Shown here piece after piece: positions 9,138-18,750 of a stretch of 64,000 bases of DNA (the stretch's first letter is position 1; the number at the start of each line of letters is the position of its first letter). A model generated the notes under the pieces. That model searched no databases, was not told the origin of the DNA, and saw only the letters and a list, made by a program, of their open reading frames with translations. A program made the translations under genes and the position numbers. The DNA lies in NCBI GenBank assembly GCA_051942645.1, contig JBPVJP010000001.1, positions 1,054,812-1,118,811 of the forward strand. The letters are read 5' to 3'. This DNA comes from Novosphingobium sp. BL-A-41-H4. Lineage in GTDB: Bacteria > Pseudomonadota > Alphaproteobacteria > Sphingomonadales > Sphingomonadaceae.

Positions 9138-11072
9138 CTACCCGCCAGGGTGATAGAAATCATAGACCGTCTGGGCCACGGTCGCACTGACACCCGGCGC
9201 CCGCTGAAGGTCTTCAAGGCTGGCGGCGCGGACCTTGCTGGCCGTGCCGAAGTGCAACAACAGCGCGCGCTTGCGGGCCGGGCCGATGCCGGGGATCTCA
9301 TCCAGCGGACTGGCAGTGATCGCCCGGCTGCGCTTCTCGCGATGCGCGCCGATGACAAAGCGGTGGACCTCGTCGCGCAGTCGCTGAAGATGGAACAATA
9401 GCGGTGAATTGACCGGCAGCATCTTCTCCCGCCCGTCGGGAAAGTGGAACACTTCGCGCCCCTCGCGACCATGATGCGGACCCTTGGCGATGGCGATCAG
9501 GGGCACGTCCTCGATCCCCAACTCCTCCAGCGTATCGCGCGCTGCCGACATCTGACCCTTGCCGCCATCGATAAGCACCAGATCGGGCCACATCCCGCTG
9601 TCGCGGTCCGGGTCCTCGTCCTGGGCGCGAGCGAAGCGGCGCTGGAACACTTCGCGCATCATCGCAAAGTCGTCATTGGTCTGGGCGGTCTTGATGTTCC
9701 ACTTGCGGTACTGGCCCTTCACGAACCCATCCGGCCCGGCGACGATCATCGCGCCAAGGGCATTGGCGCCCTGGATATGGCTGTTGTCGTAGACTTCGAT
9801 CCGCTGCGGCGGCTCGGGCAGCTCGAGGAATTCGGCAAGTTCGCGGTTCAGCCTCGCCTTGGTGCCACTTTCAGCCTGTCGCCGCTCAAGCGCCTCGACC
9901 GCGTTGCGACTGGCCTGCTCCATCAGGCGCCGCCGGTCACCGCGCTGGGGGACCGAGATCTCCACCTTGCCGCCAGCCGCACCGGTCAGTGCCTCAGCCA
10001 GCAGAGCCGCCTCGGGCAATTCACGATCGACCAGGATCAACCGTGGCGGCGGTACTTCTTCATAGAACTGGGCCAGGAAGGCAGTCAGCACCTCGGCCTC
10101 GTCCAGTCCGTCGGTATGGCCGGGAAAGAACGCACGGTGGCCCCAGTTCTGTCCGCCGCGAATGAAGAAGGCCTGGATCGCGAAGTGTCCGCCCTTGCAG
10201 CCCACGGCGAAGACATCGGCATTGCCCACGCCCTCGGCATTCACGGCCTGGCTGCCCTGGATGAAGGTCGCGGCGCGGAGCCGGTCGCGCAGCATCGCGG
10301 CCCGCTCGAAATCCAGCGCCTCGGCGGCCGCTGCCATCTGGTCCTCCAGCTTGCGCTGCACCGCCGAGCTGCGCCCGCCGAGGAAGTCCTTCGCTTCGCT
10401 GACCAGCTCGGCATAGCCGGCGGCGTCGATCCGCCCCACGCAGGGCGCCGAACAGCGCTTGATCTGGTAGAGCAGGCAAGGCCGGTCGCGTCGGCCGAAA
10501 AAGCTGTCAGTACAGGATCTTAGCAGGAACAGTTTCTGCAGTGCATTGATCGTGGTGTTGACCGATCCGGCGCTGGCGAAAGGACCGTAATAGTTGCCCT
10601 TGGCCTTGCGCGCGCCGCGATGCTTCATGATCCGCGGGAAGTCGTGATCGGCCCGCAGCAGGATGAAGGGGAAGCTTTTGTCATCGCGCAGCAGCACGTT
10701 GTACGGCGGGCGATAGCGCTTGATCAGCTGCGCTTCGAGCAGCAGCGCCTCGGCCTCGGAATTGGTGGTGACTATCACCATCGACCGGGTCTGCGCCACC
10801 ATCCGCTTCAGCCGCAGCGGCAGGCGCTCGACCTGGATGTAATTTGCCACCCGGTTCTTCAGCGCCCGCGCCTTGCCCACATACAACACGTCACCGCGCG
10901 CATCGAGCATGCGGTAAACGCCGGGCTTGGGCTTGAGCGTTGCCTGGACCTCGCGGATCGCGGCCACGCCGGCTTCAAGGTCCGGCTGGCTACCTTTGAC
11001 CACATAGGTCGCCCGCTCCTCGTTGAAGCGTTCGGCGGCATTAGGTTGGTCGGGACGTCCGGCGCGGGCCAT
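9138..11072 (-). CDS. uvrC: excinuclease ABC subunit C
   Basis: GIY-YIG region (GVYRMLDARGDVLYVGKARALKNRVANY), UVR domain, endonuclease and C-terminal (HhH)2 (IPGIGPARKRALLLHFG). ATG at 11072 (MARAGRPD...); the upstream part of the ORF is spurious. Confidence 0.95.
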   Translation of the reverse strand: MARAGRPDQPNAAERFNEERATYVVKGSQPDLEAGVAAIREVQATLKPKPGVYRMLDARGDVLYVGKARALKNRVANYIQVERLPLRLKRMVAQTRSMVIVTTNSEAEALLLEAQLIKRYRPPYNVLLRDDKSFPFILLRADHDFPRIMKHRGARKAKGNYYGPFASAGSVNTTINALQKLFLLRSCTDSFFGRRDRPCLLYQIKRCSAPCVGRIDAAGYAELVSEAKDFLGGRSSAVQRKLEDQMAAAAEALDFERAAMLRDRLRAATFIQGSQAVNAEGVGNADVFAVGCKGGHFAIQAFFIRGGQNWGHRAFFPGHTDGLDEAEVLTAFLAQFYEEVPPPRLILVDRELPEAALLAEALTGAAGGKVEISVPQRGDRRRLMEQASRNAVEALERRQAESGTKARLNRELAEFLELPEPPQRIEVYDNSHIQGANALGAMIVAGPDGFVKGQYRKWNIKTAQTNDDFAMMREVFQRRFARAQDEDPDRDSGMWPDLVLIDGGKGQMSAARDTLEELGIEDVPLIAIAKGPHHGREGREVFHFPDGREKMLPVNSPLLFHLQRLRDEVHRFVIGAHREKRSRAITASPLDEIPGIGPARKRALLLHFGTASKVRAASLEDLQRAPGVSATVAQTVYDFYHPGG

Positions 11073-11194
11073 GGGATCCCAATAGGCACGATATGCGCAC
11101 GGCAAAAGGCCAATGTTGACGCAAGCCCTTGGTCTGTTAGGCTCTCCTCCCAACAACAGGCCAATCACGGCCGCCAGACAGGAGGGGATCGGGT

Positions 11195-12772
11195 TTGCGT
11201 CAGCTCCAGGGGATGGATGCGTCATTCGTGGCGCTTGAGACGCGCAATTCGCCGATGCACATCGGCTCGATCCTGATCTACAATCCAGCCACCGCACCCG
11301 GCGGTTTCGTCCGTTTCAAGGATATCCTGCGCTTCATGGAAAGCCGGATGCAGCTGTCGCGCACGATGCGGCAGCGGCTGGTGCGGGTGCCCTTCGATCT
11401 CGACTATCCCTACTGGATCGAGGATCCCGATTTCGACCTCGAGTATCATGTCCGGCATCTGGCCTTGCCCAAGCCGGGAGATTGGCGCCAACTGTGCATC
11501 CAGGCCGCGCGGATCTTTGCCCGGCCGCTCGATCTGAACCGTCCCCCGTGGGAATTCACGGTGATTGAAGGGCTGGACAATATCCCTGGGGTAGCACCCG
11601 GCAGCTATGCCATGGTCACCAAGGTGCACCATGCTGCGATCGACGGGATGAGCGGGATCGACCTGATGGAGGCGCTTCACACGCTGATGCCCGATGCGCC
11701 GCCGCCGTCCACTCCGGACGACTGGCAGCCAGAGCAGGTGCCTAGCCCGGCCTCGCTGGTCGCGCGCTCATGGCTCAATGCTGTGGCCAACCCGGTCCGC
11801 CAGCTTGAGGTGGCTGCCAAGGCCGTGCCCGGCCTGGCCCGCGCGGTGAAGGGCCTCGCGACCAAGGATTTCGCCCTGCATGGCGAGATGCTGGCCCCCC
11901 GCACCCGGTTCAACCAGGTGATCTCGGCCAACCGCGTGGTTGAGGGCAGGTCGGTGCCGCTCGCCGCAATCAAGGCGATCCGCGAGGCGGTGCCGGGTGC
12001 CAAGGTCAACGACGTGTTCCTGACGATCATCGGCGGGGCCATGCGCAAGTATCTTGAGGCCAAGAACGACCTGCCGGACAAGACGCTGACCGCGATGGCC
12101 CCGATCTCGGTGCGCGGAAAGGACGAGAAGGGCGACATGGGCAACCAGGTCGCGGCGATGATCGCGCCGCTGGGTACCCATATCGCAGACCCGCTGGACC
12201 GGCTGGAATACGTCTATTCGCAGACCACCAATTCCAAGGCCATGACCGACGCCCTCGGCGCGCGCAACATGACCGAGATGAGCAAGGTCAGCCCGGCGCT
12301 GTTTCTGGCGCTGGCGGCGCAGGCCTATACCCGGCTCGGCCTCGCCAACCGGGTCGCCCTGCCCTTCACAACGGTGGTGACCAATGTGCCCGGCCCGCCG
12401 GTGCCGATCTATTCGGCCGGAGCGCGACTGGAGAGCATGATGGGCCTGCTTTGCCTGACTGACGGGCTGGGCCTGGGCCACGTGGTGCAAAGCTATGTGA
12501 AGGAGGCGACGATCGCGTTCACCGCCTGCCGCAAGCTTTTGCCTGATCCAGAGTTCTACGCCCAGTGCATCGAGGACAGCTTCAACGAGCTGCGCGAGGC
12601 CGCGGCAAATGCACCGGAACACCGCGCCGCGCAGGCAAAAGCAAAACCCAAGGCCAAGGCCGGAACCAAGGCGAAGCCAGCTCAAAAGTCCGCCGCCCGG
12701 ACCAAAGCCGCGGTTGCCAAGCCCAAGTCAGCGAGCAAGGCCAAACCAGCCACAACGGCCAAGAAACGTTAA
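11195..12772 (+). CDS. WS/DGAT family acyltransferase (wax ester synthase / diacylglycerol acyltransferase) with a Lys/Ala/Pro-rich C-terminal tail
   Basis: Catalytic HHxxxDG motif (VHHAAIDGMSG). N-terminal LQGMDASFVALE. GGAGG lies 9 nt before TTG 11195. The last ~50 aa read AKAKPKAKAGTKAKPAQKSAARTKAAVAKPKSASKAKPATTAKKR. Confidence 0.88.
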   Translation: MRQLQGMDASFVALETRNSPMHIGSILIYNPATAPGGFVRFKDILRFMESRMQLSRTMRQRLVRVPFDLDYPYWIEDPDFDLEYHVRHLALPKPGDWRQLCIQAARIFARPLDLNRPPWEFTVIEGLDNIPGVAPGSYAMVTKVHHAAIDGMSGIDLMEALHTLMPDAPPPSTPDDWQPEQVPSPASLVARSWLNAVANPVRQLEVAAKAVPGLARAVKGLATKDFALHGEMLAPRTRFNQVISANRVVEGRSVPLAAIKAIREAVPGAKVNDVFLTIIGGAMRKYLEAKNDLPDKTLTAMAPISVRGKDEKGDMGNQVAAMIAPLGTHIADPLDRLEYVYSQTTNSKAMTDALGARNMTEMSKVSPALFLALAAQAYTRLGLANRVALPFTTVVTNVPGPPVPIYSAGARLESMMGLLCLTDGLGLGHVVQSYVKEATIAFTACRKLLPDPEFYAQCIEDSFNELREAAANAPEHRAAQAKAKPKAKAGTKAKPAQKSAARTKAAVAKPKSASKAKPATTAKKR

Positions 12773-12829
12773 TTAGCCAGACCGGCCACCAAGAAGCCGG
12801 CGGCAAGAATCGCAGAGGATCGCCAACCA

Positions 12830-13627
12830 ATGACCGCAGCCAGCGCCGCATTTCCGCAGCCGAGCCATGCCCGACCACCTTCGCGTTTCCTGGCTTTTGC
12901 CGAACCGCGCGCGCTGTTGGAACTGGCGGCCTTCTATGCCGTGCGGCCTTATCTGACCAACCTGCCCAAGGGGGATGGTCACCCGGTCCTGGTGCTTCCG
13001 GGGTTCCTCGCCTCGGATACTTCGACCGCGCCGCTGCGCCGCCTGCTGAAGCAGCTGGGCTTTGATGCGCGCGGCTGGGGCATGGGGCGCAACGTGCGGA
13101 TTGATGCGCCCCGCGTGCACGAGATGGAATCGATGCTGCTGCGGATCTACCGCGAAACGGGCCGCAAGGTCTCGATCGTGGGCTGGAGCCTGGGCGGCGT
13201 CTTTGCCCGCGAACTGGCCAAGGCCCATCCCGAGGCGGTCCGACTGGTGATCTCGCTTGGCAGCCCGATCTCCGACGATCGCCGCCACACCAACGCCGCG
13301 CGGCTGTTCGAATACCTCAACGGCAAGGATCCCGAACCGATCCGCCATGGCCGGTTCACCGATCTGCACCGCGCGCCGCCGGTCCCCACCACCTCGATCC
13401 TGACCAAGACCGATGGCGTGGTGCACTGGCGCGGCTCCGTCCAGCGGCGCGACCATCACCCCCACACCGAGAATATCGAGGTGCTGGCCAGCCATTGCGG
13501 CCTGGGCTTCAATCCCAGCGCGGTGATCGCCATCGTCGACCGGCTGCTCCAGCCAGAGGGCGAATGGCAACCCTTCGAACCGCGCCTGTCGCAGCGCTGG
13601 ATGTTCCCGAAAACCAGCCTGCAATAG
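12830..13627 (+). CDS. alpha/beta hydrolase (lipase/esterase-like)
   Basis: GxSxG nucleophile elbow GWSLGG. PVLVLPGF oxyanion-region pattern. 265 aa. Confidence 0.7.
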   Translation: MTAASAAFPQPSHARPPSRFLAFAEPRALLELAAFYAVRPYLTNLPKGDGHPVLVLPGFLASDTSTAPLRRLLKQLGFDARGWGMGRNVRIDAPRVHEMESMLLRIYRETGRKVSIVGWSLGGVFARELAKAHPEAVRLVISLGSPISDDRRHTNAARLFEYLNGKDPEPIRHGRFTDLHRAPPVPTTSILTKTDGVVHWRGSVQRRDHHPHTENIEVLASHCGLGFNPSAVIAIVDRLLQPEGEWQPFEPRLSQRWMFPKTSLQ

Positions 13628-13634
13628 CCGCGCA

Positions 13635-14594
13635 ATGACCCGCCATCTCGTTGATCCGGAGCTGTTGCCGCTGCTCGATCTGATGCCCGGCATCGATTTC
13701 GCGCAGGTCGACCTGCCCGAACTGCGTCAGGCCAGCAACGCGCGCTACGCCTTCCTCGGCGATCCGCCGCTGGCGCCCCGGATCGAGACGATAGCCGGCC
13801 CCGGCGGACCGCTGGAGCTGTTCATCTACGATCCGGCGCCAGGCACGGGCAACCGCGCCGCGCTGCTGCACATTCATGGCGGCGGCATGATCATGGGATC
13901 GGCCCGGGCGATGCAGCTAGGCCCGGCCAACATGGCCCAGTCGCTGGGCATACCGGTGGTCTCGGTCGAGTACCGGCTGGCACCCGAGCACCCCTTCCCC
14001 GCCCCTCAGGAAGACTGCTACGCCGCACTGTGCTGGCTGGCGGACCATGCGGATGAGCTGGGCGTAGACCGGCAGCGGATTGGTATTACTGGTGAGAGTG
14101 CGGGCGGCGGGCTGGCAGCGGCAGTTGCGCTGATCGCGCGCGACCGCAAGGGTCCACACCTTGCCGGACAGTTCCTGACCTATCCGATGCTCGATCATCG
14201 CACCGGCGGGCCGGACTGCCCCTATACCAATCCGGTGACCGGCGAATTCGTCTGGACTGCGGCAGCCAACCAGTTCGGCTGGGCGGCACTGCGTGGGGAT
14301 TATCGGGCGGACGATGCGCGCAAGGGCTGGTACTCCCCCGCCATCGCCGATGATCTGGCCGGATTACCGCCAACCTGGATCGGCACGGGCAGCCTGGACC
14401 TGTTCCTGGATGAGGACCTGGCCTATGCCCGCCGCCTGATCGCGGCTGGTGTCCCGGTCGAACTGCATGTCTATCCGGGCGCGATCCACGCCTTCAATGC
14501 GGTGGCTGGCAGCCGCCTGGCCAAGGCTTTTGGCCGGGACCTGATGAGCGCCATTGCCCTGGGGCTGGGCATTATCAGCCAGGCGCAGCCTTAG
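13635..14594 (+). CDS. alpha/beta hydrolase fold-3 esterase/lipase (HSL/Aes family)
   Basis: HGGG oxyanion motif (LHIHGGGMIMGS), GESAGG nucleophile elbow, and a C-terminal PGAIHAF catalytic His region. Confidence 0.85.
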   Translation: MTRHLVDPELLPLLDLMPGIDFAQVDLPELRQASNARYAFLGDPPLAPRIETIAGPGGPLELFIYDPAPGTGNRAALLHIHGGGMIMGSARAMQLGPANMAQSLGIPVVSVEYRLAPEHPFPAPQEDCYAALCWLADHADELGVDRQRIGITGESAGGGLAAAVALIARDRKGPHLAGQFLTYPMLDHRTGGPDCPYTNPVTGEFVWTAAANQFGWAALRGDYRADDARKGWYSPAIADDLAGLPPTWIGTGSLDLFLDEDLAYARRLIAAGVPVELHVYPGAIHAFNAVAGSRLAKAFGRDLMSAIALGLGIISQAQP

Positions 14595-14600
14595 CCCCGG

Positions 14601-15125
14601 TCAGATTGCCTGCCCGTCGATATTGACGTTGCGGATCCGCCCGTCGCGGTCGATCGTGCAACTGAAATTGCCCCGGCCGGTGGTGGTGCCGCTGACGCGC
14701 CAGCCATCGGTGTCACGATTGACGCTTTCGACTTCGCCAACCCGTTCGCGCCCGCGATTGACCTCGTCGATGCACCGATTGACCGCCATGTCGATCCCGT
14801 TGCCCTCGCGCCATTCCGGGCGATCATCGCCGCGGCCATAGTCGTTGCGGTCTTCGCGATAAGAATCGTCCGGATAGTCGCGCGGCATTTGCTCGCGTTC
14901 CTTTTTCGCCTTGCTCGCAGCGCTGGCGATCGCGGCAATTCCGCCGATGATCAGGATCCCGGCCAGGATGTCGCCACCATCGACCCGGTCGCGGTGACGA
15001 TGATGGCCCCAGCCATCTCCCCATCCGCGAGCAAGCGCGGGACTGGCCGCCATCGAGAAGGAAGCCACCAGCGCCAGGGCAGCGGCGCCACGCTTTAACT
15101 TGCCGGTCATTGGCAGGGTTCCCAT
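14601..15125 (-). CDS. hypothetical secreted/membrane protein, tandem paralog 2
   Basis: Signal-peptide-like MTGKLKRGAAALALVASFSMAASPALA. Conserved DRVDGGDILAGILIIGGIAAIASAAS glycine-zipper/TM segment. R/D/Y-rich linker. C-terminal two-Cys domain. Start is ATG 15125 or ATG 15110. Confidence 0.6.
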   Translation of the reverse strand: MGTLPMTGKLKRGAAALALVASFSMAASPALARGWGDGWGHHRHRDRVDGGDILAGILIIGGIAAIASAASKAKKEREQMPRDYPDDSYREDRNDYGRGDDRPEWREGNGIDMAVNRCIDEVNRGRERVGEVESVNRDTDGWRVSGTTTGRGNFSCTIDRDGRIRNVNIDGQAI

Positions 15126-15215
15126 CGCAGGGGACTCGCGTTGAGTCCCGATAATCAGGCAGTTAGGCGGCCCAGGCTTGCTCTCGCCTGAACCGCCCAA
15201 TGCAGGTAACCGGGC

Positions 15216-15809
15216 CTAGAGGCCGCGAATTCCGTTGTAGTCGAGATCAACCACCCGGCCACGCTCGATCCGGCACTTGAACGAGCCACTGTCGTAACCG
15301 CGCAGGCTGGCATTCCAGCCGCGAAAGTCACCACCCCAGCCCCGGCCATAGTGGCCATCGCCCCGGCGCCAGTCGCGGCCCAGCGAGTTCACGGCGATCC
15401 GGCCGCGCACTTCATAACCCCACCGGGTTTCGCGCACCTGGCGAATGTCGGTCACGTCGGCCCGACCATAGGAATAACGGCTGGCATCGCGTTCGGCGGC
15501 GTAGACGCACTGCTCGATCGCCCGGCGCGGGCTGATCCACCCGCCGCGATCGCGGTCGTAACCGCGGTCATAGCCATAGCCGGCGCGACCGTCGCGATAA
15601 TCACGATCATCGCGGCTGGCAGCTGCGGCAACAGCGGCAATTCCGCCGATTACCAGCGCCCCGGCAATGATATCGCCGGCGTCGACACGATCGTTGTCGC
15701 GGCGATCGGCAAAAGCCGGGGTCGCCGAGGAAAGTGCCATCGCGCCAGCGGCAAGGCTGGCAATGGTACCCTTGGCCAGTGCTGTGGAGCGGGTCTGCAT
15801 CGTCTTCAT
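15216..15809 (-). CDS. hypothetical secreted/membrane protein, tandem paralog 1
   Basis: Same architecture as the 14601-15125 product: signal peptide, DRVDAGDIIAGALVIGGIAAVAAAAS, an RDYRDGRAGYGYDRGYDRDRG linker, and a C-terminal C...C domain. Confidence 0.6.
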   Translation of the reverse strand: MKTMQTRSTALAKGTIASLAAGAMALSSATPAFADRRDNDRVDAGDIIAGALVIGGIAAVAAAASRDDRDYRDGRAGYGYDRGYDRDRGGWISPRRAIEQCVYAAERDASRYSYGRADVTDIRQVRETRWGYEVRGRIAVNSLGRDWRRGDGHYGRGWGGDFRGWNASLRGYDSGSFKCRIERGRVVDLDYNGIRGL

Positions 15810-15910
15810 CCTTCACTCTCGCCCGGCGGAATAGCCCGGCGTCGAGTGGAGGATTAGCGATTCGGCCGTGGCGTGAAGCTGAACCTCTCGGTTAGCCTTT
15901 GTTCATAAAG

Positions 15911-18121
15911 CTATTCGCTTTTCTGAACGGATAGCCCACTCCACTGCGCCAGGAATGCCAGGATATCGGCATTCTCGGCCACCACCTTGTCAGTCGGCTT
16001 GCCCGAGCCATGACCCGCGCGGGTTTCGATCCGGATCAGGTGCGGCTTGCTGCCGGCCTTGGCCGCCTGCAGCGCGGCCGTGTATTTGAAGCTGTGGCCC
16101 GGCACGACGCGGTCGTCGGTATCGGCGGTGGTCACCAGCACGGCCGGATAGTTCACCCCCACCTTGATGTTGTGATAGGGCGAATAGGCCCGCAGCACCC
16201 GCCAATCAGCCTCCTTGTTGGGATAGCCATAGTCATCGACCCAATACCGCCCGGCGGTGAAGCGATCGAAGCGCAGCATGTCCATCACGCCCACGGCTGG
16301 ATTGGCGGCAGCGAACAGGTCGGGCCGCTGGTTGACCACGGCGCCGACCAGCAGGCCACCGTTCGAGCCACCCTGGATCGAGAGGCCACCCTTGGGGGTG
16401 ATCCCTTCGGCGATCAGATATTCCCCCGCGGCGATGAAATCGTCGAACACGTTCTGTTTGTTGCCAAGCCGACCGGCATCGTGCCAGGCCTTGCCGTATT
16501 CGCCGCCGCCGCGCAGGTTGGCGAGCGCAAAGGCCCCGCCAGCCTCCAACCAGGCCATCCGCACTGCCGAAAAGCCCGGCGTCAGCGCGATATCGAACCC
16601 GCCGTAGCCATAGAGCAGCGTCGGCACCGACTTGCGGGCATCAGCCACGGCCTTCTTGCGGACCACGAACATCGGCACCCGGGTGCCGTCCTTCGAGGTG
16701 TAGAACCGCTGCTCGATCGCGTAGTCGGCAGGGTTGAAGGTCAGCTTCGGCAGAGCAAAGGGCGTGCTCTTGCCGGTGCTGGCATCGAACCGGAAAATGC
16801 CGGTCGGCTGGTTGAAGCTGGAGAAGGCATAAAAGGTTTCCGGATCATCGGGCCGGCCCGTGAAGCCCGAGGCCGTGCCGATCGCGTTGAGCGTGATCTG
16901 CTGCACCGGTTTGCCATCGAGCGAGCGCACTTCCGCGACCGACTTGGCATCCTTGAGATAGGCCAGGACCAGCCGATTGCCCACGATTTGCGCCCGGTCG
17001 AGCGTTTCGGCCCGTTCCGGGATCACATCGACCGGCTCGGGGCGGGGTTCCATGCAGACGTCGTCGGGCTTGGCCGGCGCCTCGCATGTGGTGCGGTAAA
17101 GCGCGGTCTTCTTGCGAAGATCGAACTTCACCACCTTCATCTTCGGGGCGTCCTTGTTGGTGACGAAGTACAGCGTGTCACCAATCCCCTCGATCAGGTT
17201 CCAGGCATGATCCAGCCCACCGATCAGGGTCTGCGCCTGCCACTTGCGATCCTTGCGCAGCGGCATGACGTGGATGGCATAACGGCTGTCGGTGCCCTTG
17301 GCCGTCGTGATCACCACCCAGCGGTTATCGTGCGTGACTTCGGCCGAATGGCCCAGATCCGGATCATTCGGGGTCGAATAGACCAGTTGGTCCTCGGCCT
17401 GGCTGGTGCCGATCCGGTGGAAATAGACCGCCTGGTTCTTGTTGAGCGACTGGAATTCATCCCCCGGCTTGGGTTCCGGGAAGCGCGAATAGAGGAAGCC
17501 TTCGTTGCCAACCCAGGCGATGCCGGTGAACTTGGCCCACTTTACCCCGTCACCCAGGTCCTTGCCGGTCGTGGTGTCGAGCACCTTGATCGTCCGCCAG
17601 TCCGATCCGCCATCCTGGATCGAATAGGCCAGCAGTTTGCCGTTATCGGACGGCACCCAGGCATCTAGGGCGGTTGCCCCGTCCTTGGCCCAGGCATTGG
17701 GATCGATCAGCAGTCGGGGCGTACCGTTCAGCCCCTTGCGGACGAACAGCTGCGATTGGTTCTGCAGGCCCGAATTGCGCATGTAGAAGTAATGCTGGCC
17801 CGCCTTGCGCGGCAGACCGAAGCGTTCGTAGTCCATCAGGCCGCGAATCCGCTGGGCAAACCAGTCACGCTGCGGCAATTGCGCCAGATACTGCTGCGTC
17901 ACGGCGTTCTGCCGCACAACCCAGTCGGCCACCTCCTTGTCGGTTCGGACATCGTTTTCGAGCCAGCGATAGGGGTCGGCGACCTTCTCGCCAAATTGCT
18001 CCTCAACCAGATCGATCTGGCGGGTATCCGGATAGGCCAGGGTCATTTTTTCGGCAATCAGCGGGGCGGCGGCGGTGGAAAGCAAGGCAGCGGCCAGGAT
18101 GGCCGGAACGCGGCGCGACAT
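15911..18121 (-). CDS. prolyl oligopeptidase (S9A prolyl endopeptidase), secreted
   Basis: N-terminal signal peptide. DPYRWLE motif, beta-propeller region, catalytic GGSNGGLLVGA and C-terminal RAGHG. Confidence 0.92.
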   Translation of the reverse strand: MSRRVPAILAAALLSTAAAPLIAEKMTLAYPDTRQIDLVEEQFGEKVADPYRWLENDVRTDKEVADWVVRQNAVTQQYLAQLPQRDWFAQRIRGLMDYERFGLPRKAGQHYFYMRNSGLQNQSQLFVRKGLNGTPRLLIDPNAWAKDGATALDAWVPSDNGKLLAYSIQDGGSDWRTIKVLDTTTGKDLGDGVKWAKFTGIAWVGNEGFLYSRFPEPKPGDEFQSLNKNQAVYFHRIGTSQAEDQLVYSTPNDPDLGHSAEVTHDNRWVVITTAKGTDSRYAIHVMPLRKDRKWQAQTLIGGLDHAWNLIEGIGDTLYFVTNKDAPKMKVVKFDLRKKTALYRTTCEAPAKPDDVCMEPRPEPVDVIPERAETLDRAQIVGNRLVLAYLKDAKSVAEVRSLDGKPVQQITLNAIGTASGFTGRPDDPETFYAFSSFNQPTGIFRFDASTGKSTPFALPKLTFNPADYAIEQRFYTSKDGTRVPMFVVRKKAVADARKSVPTLLYGYGGFDIALTPGFSAVRMAWLEAGGAFALANLRGGGEYGKAWHDAGRLGNKQNVFDDFIAAGEYLIAEGITPKGGLSIQGGSNGGLLVGAVVNQRPDLFAAANPAVGVMDMLRFDRFTAGRYWVDDYGYPNKEADWRVLRAYSPYHNIKVGVNYPAVLVTTADTDDRVVPGHSFKYTAALQAAKAGSKPHLIRIETRAGHGSGKPTDKVVAENADILAFLAQWSGLSVQKSE

Positions 18122-18159
18122 GCGGTTCTCCGAAAAGAATAGGGCACCTCAACGAGAAA

Positions 18160-18194
18160 GGCGGGGACGACCTTAACAGTCACCCCCGCCTTTT
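18160..18194 (-). terminator. Bidirectional-looking terminator hairpin downstream of rplQ
   Basis: AAAG-GGCGGGG(18160-18166)...CCCCGCC(18184-18190)-TTTT. Confidence 0.55.
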
Positions 18195-18222
18195 CAACCG
18201 GACCAAAGGCCGCAGTTAAGAC

Positions 18223-18636
18223 TTATTCGGCGTCTTCGTCGATCATTACCGGACCCGAATCCTGGCCCTTCGCGGCCGGATCGCGGTCAACCAGTTCGAT
18301 CACTGCGAGCGGAGCCGCGTCCGAGGCGCGGATGCCGGCCTTGAGCACGCGGGTATAGCCGCCCTGACGGTCGGCGTAACGCGCGGCCAGAACTTCGAAC
18401 AGCTTCTTTTCCTGGGCTTCGTCGAGCAGGCGGGCATGAGCCAGACGACGGTTCGACAGGCCACCGCGCTTTGCCAGAGTGATCAGCTTTTCCAGATAGG
18501 GACGCAGTTCGCGCGCCTTGGGCAGCGTGGTGGTGATCTGTTCGTGCTTGATCAGTGCTGCCGACATGTTGCGCAGCAGCGCCTTGCGGTGGCTGGAAGT
18601 GCGGTTGAGCTTACGCCCGCCAAGCTTGTGACGCAT
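18223..18636 (-). CDS. rplQ: 50S ribosomal protein L17
   Basis: [24 protein letters not shown]... is a canonical L17 N-terminus. It is the last gene of the alpha operon. Confidence 0.98.
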   Translation of the reverse strand: MRHKLGGRKLNRTSSHRKALLRNMSAALIKHEQITTTLPKARELRPYLEKLITLAKRGGLSNRRLAHARLLDEAQEKKLFEVLAARYADRQGGYTRVLKAGIRASDAAPLAVIELVDRDPAAKGQDSGPVMIDEDAE

Positions 18637-18718
18637 GGGTCTTTCCTTCGTTCGTTAGGGGGCCGTGCAAGGTACCCCATAGCTGGCGGCAGTTCCGGTC
18701 GCCGCCGATCACCGTGGC

Positions 18719-18742
18719 GGGGACGCCCCTTGGAGCGTCCCC
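18719..18742 (-). other. Intercistronic stem-loop between rpoA and rplQ
   Basis: GGGGACGC / GCGTCCCC 8-bp stem with an 8-nt loop. No U-tract follows. Confidence 0.4.
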
Positions 18743-18750
18743 TAATTCGA

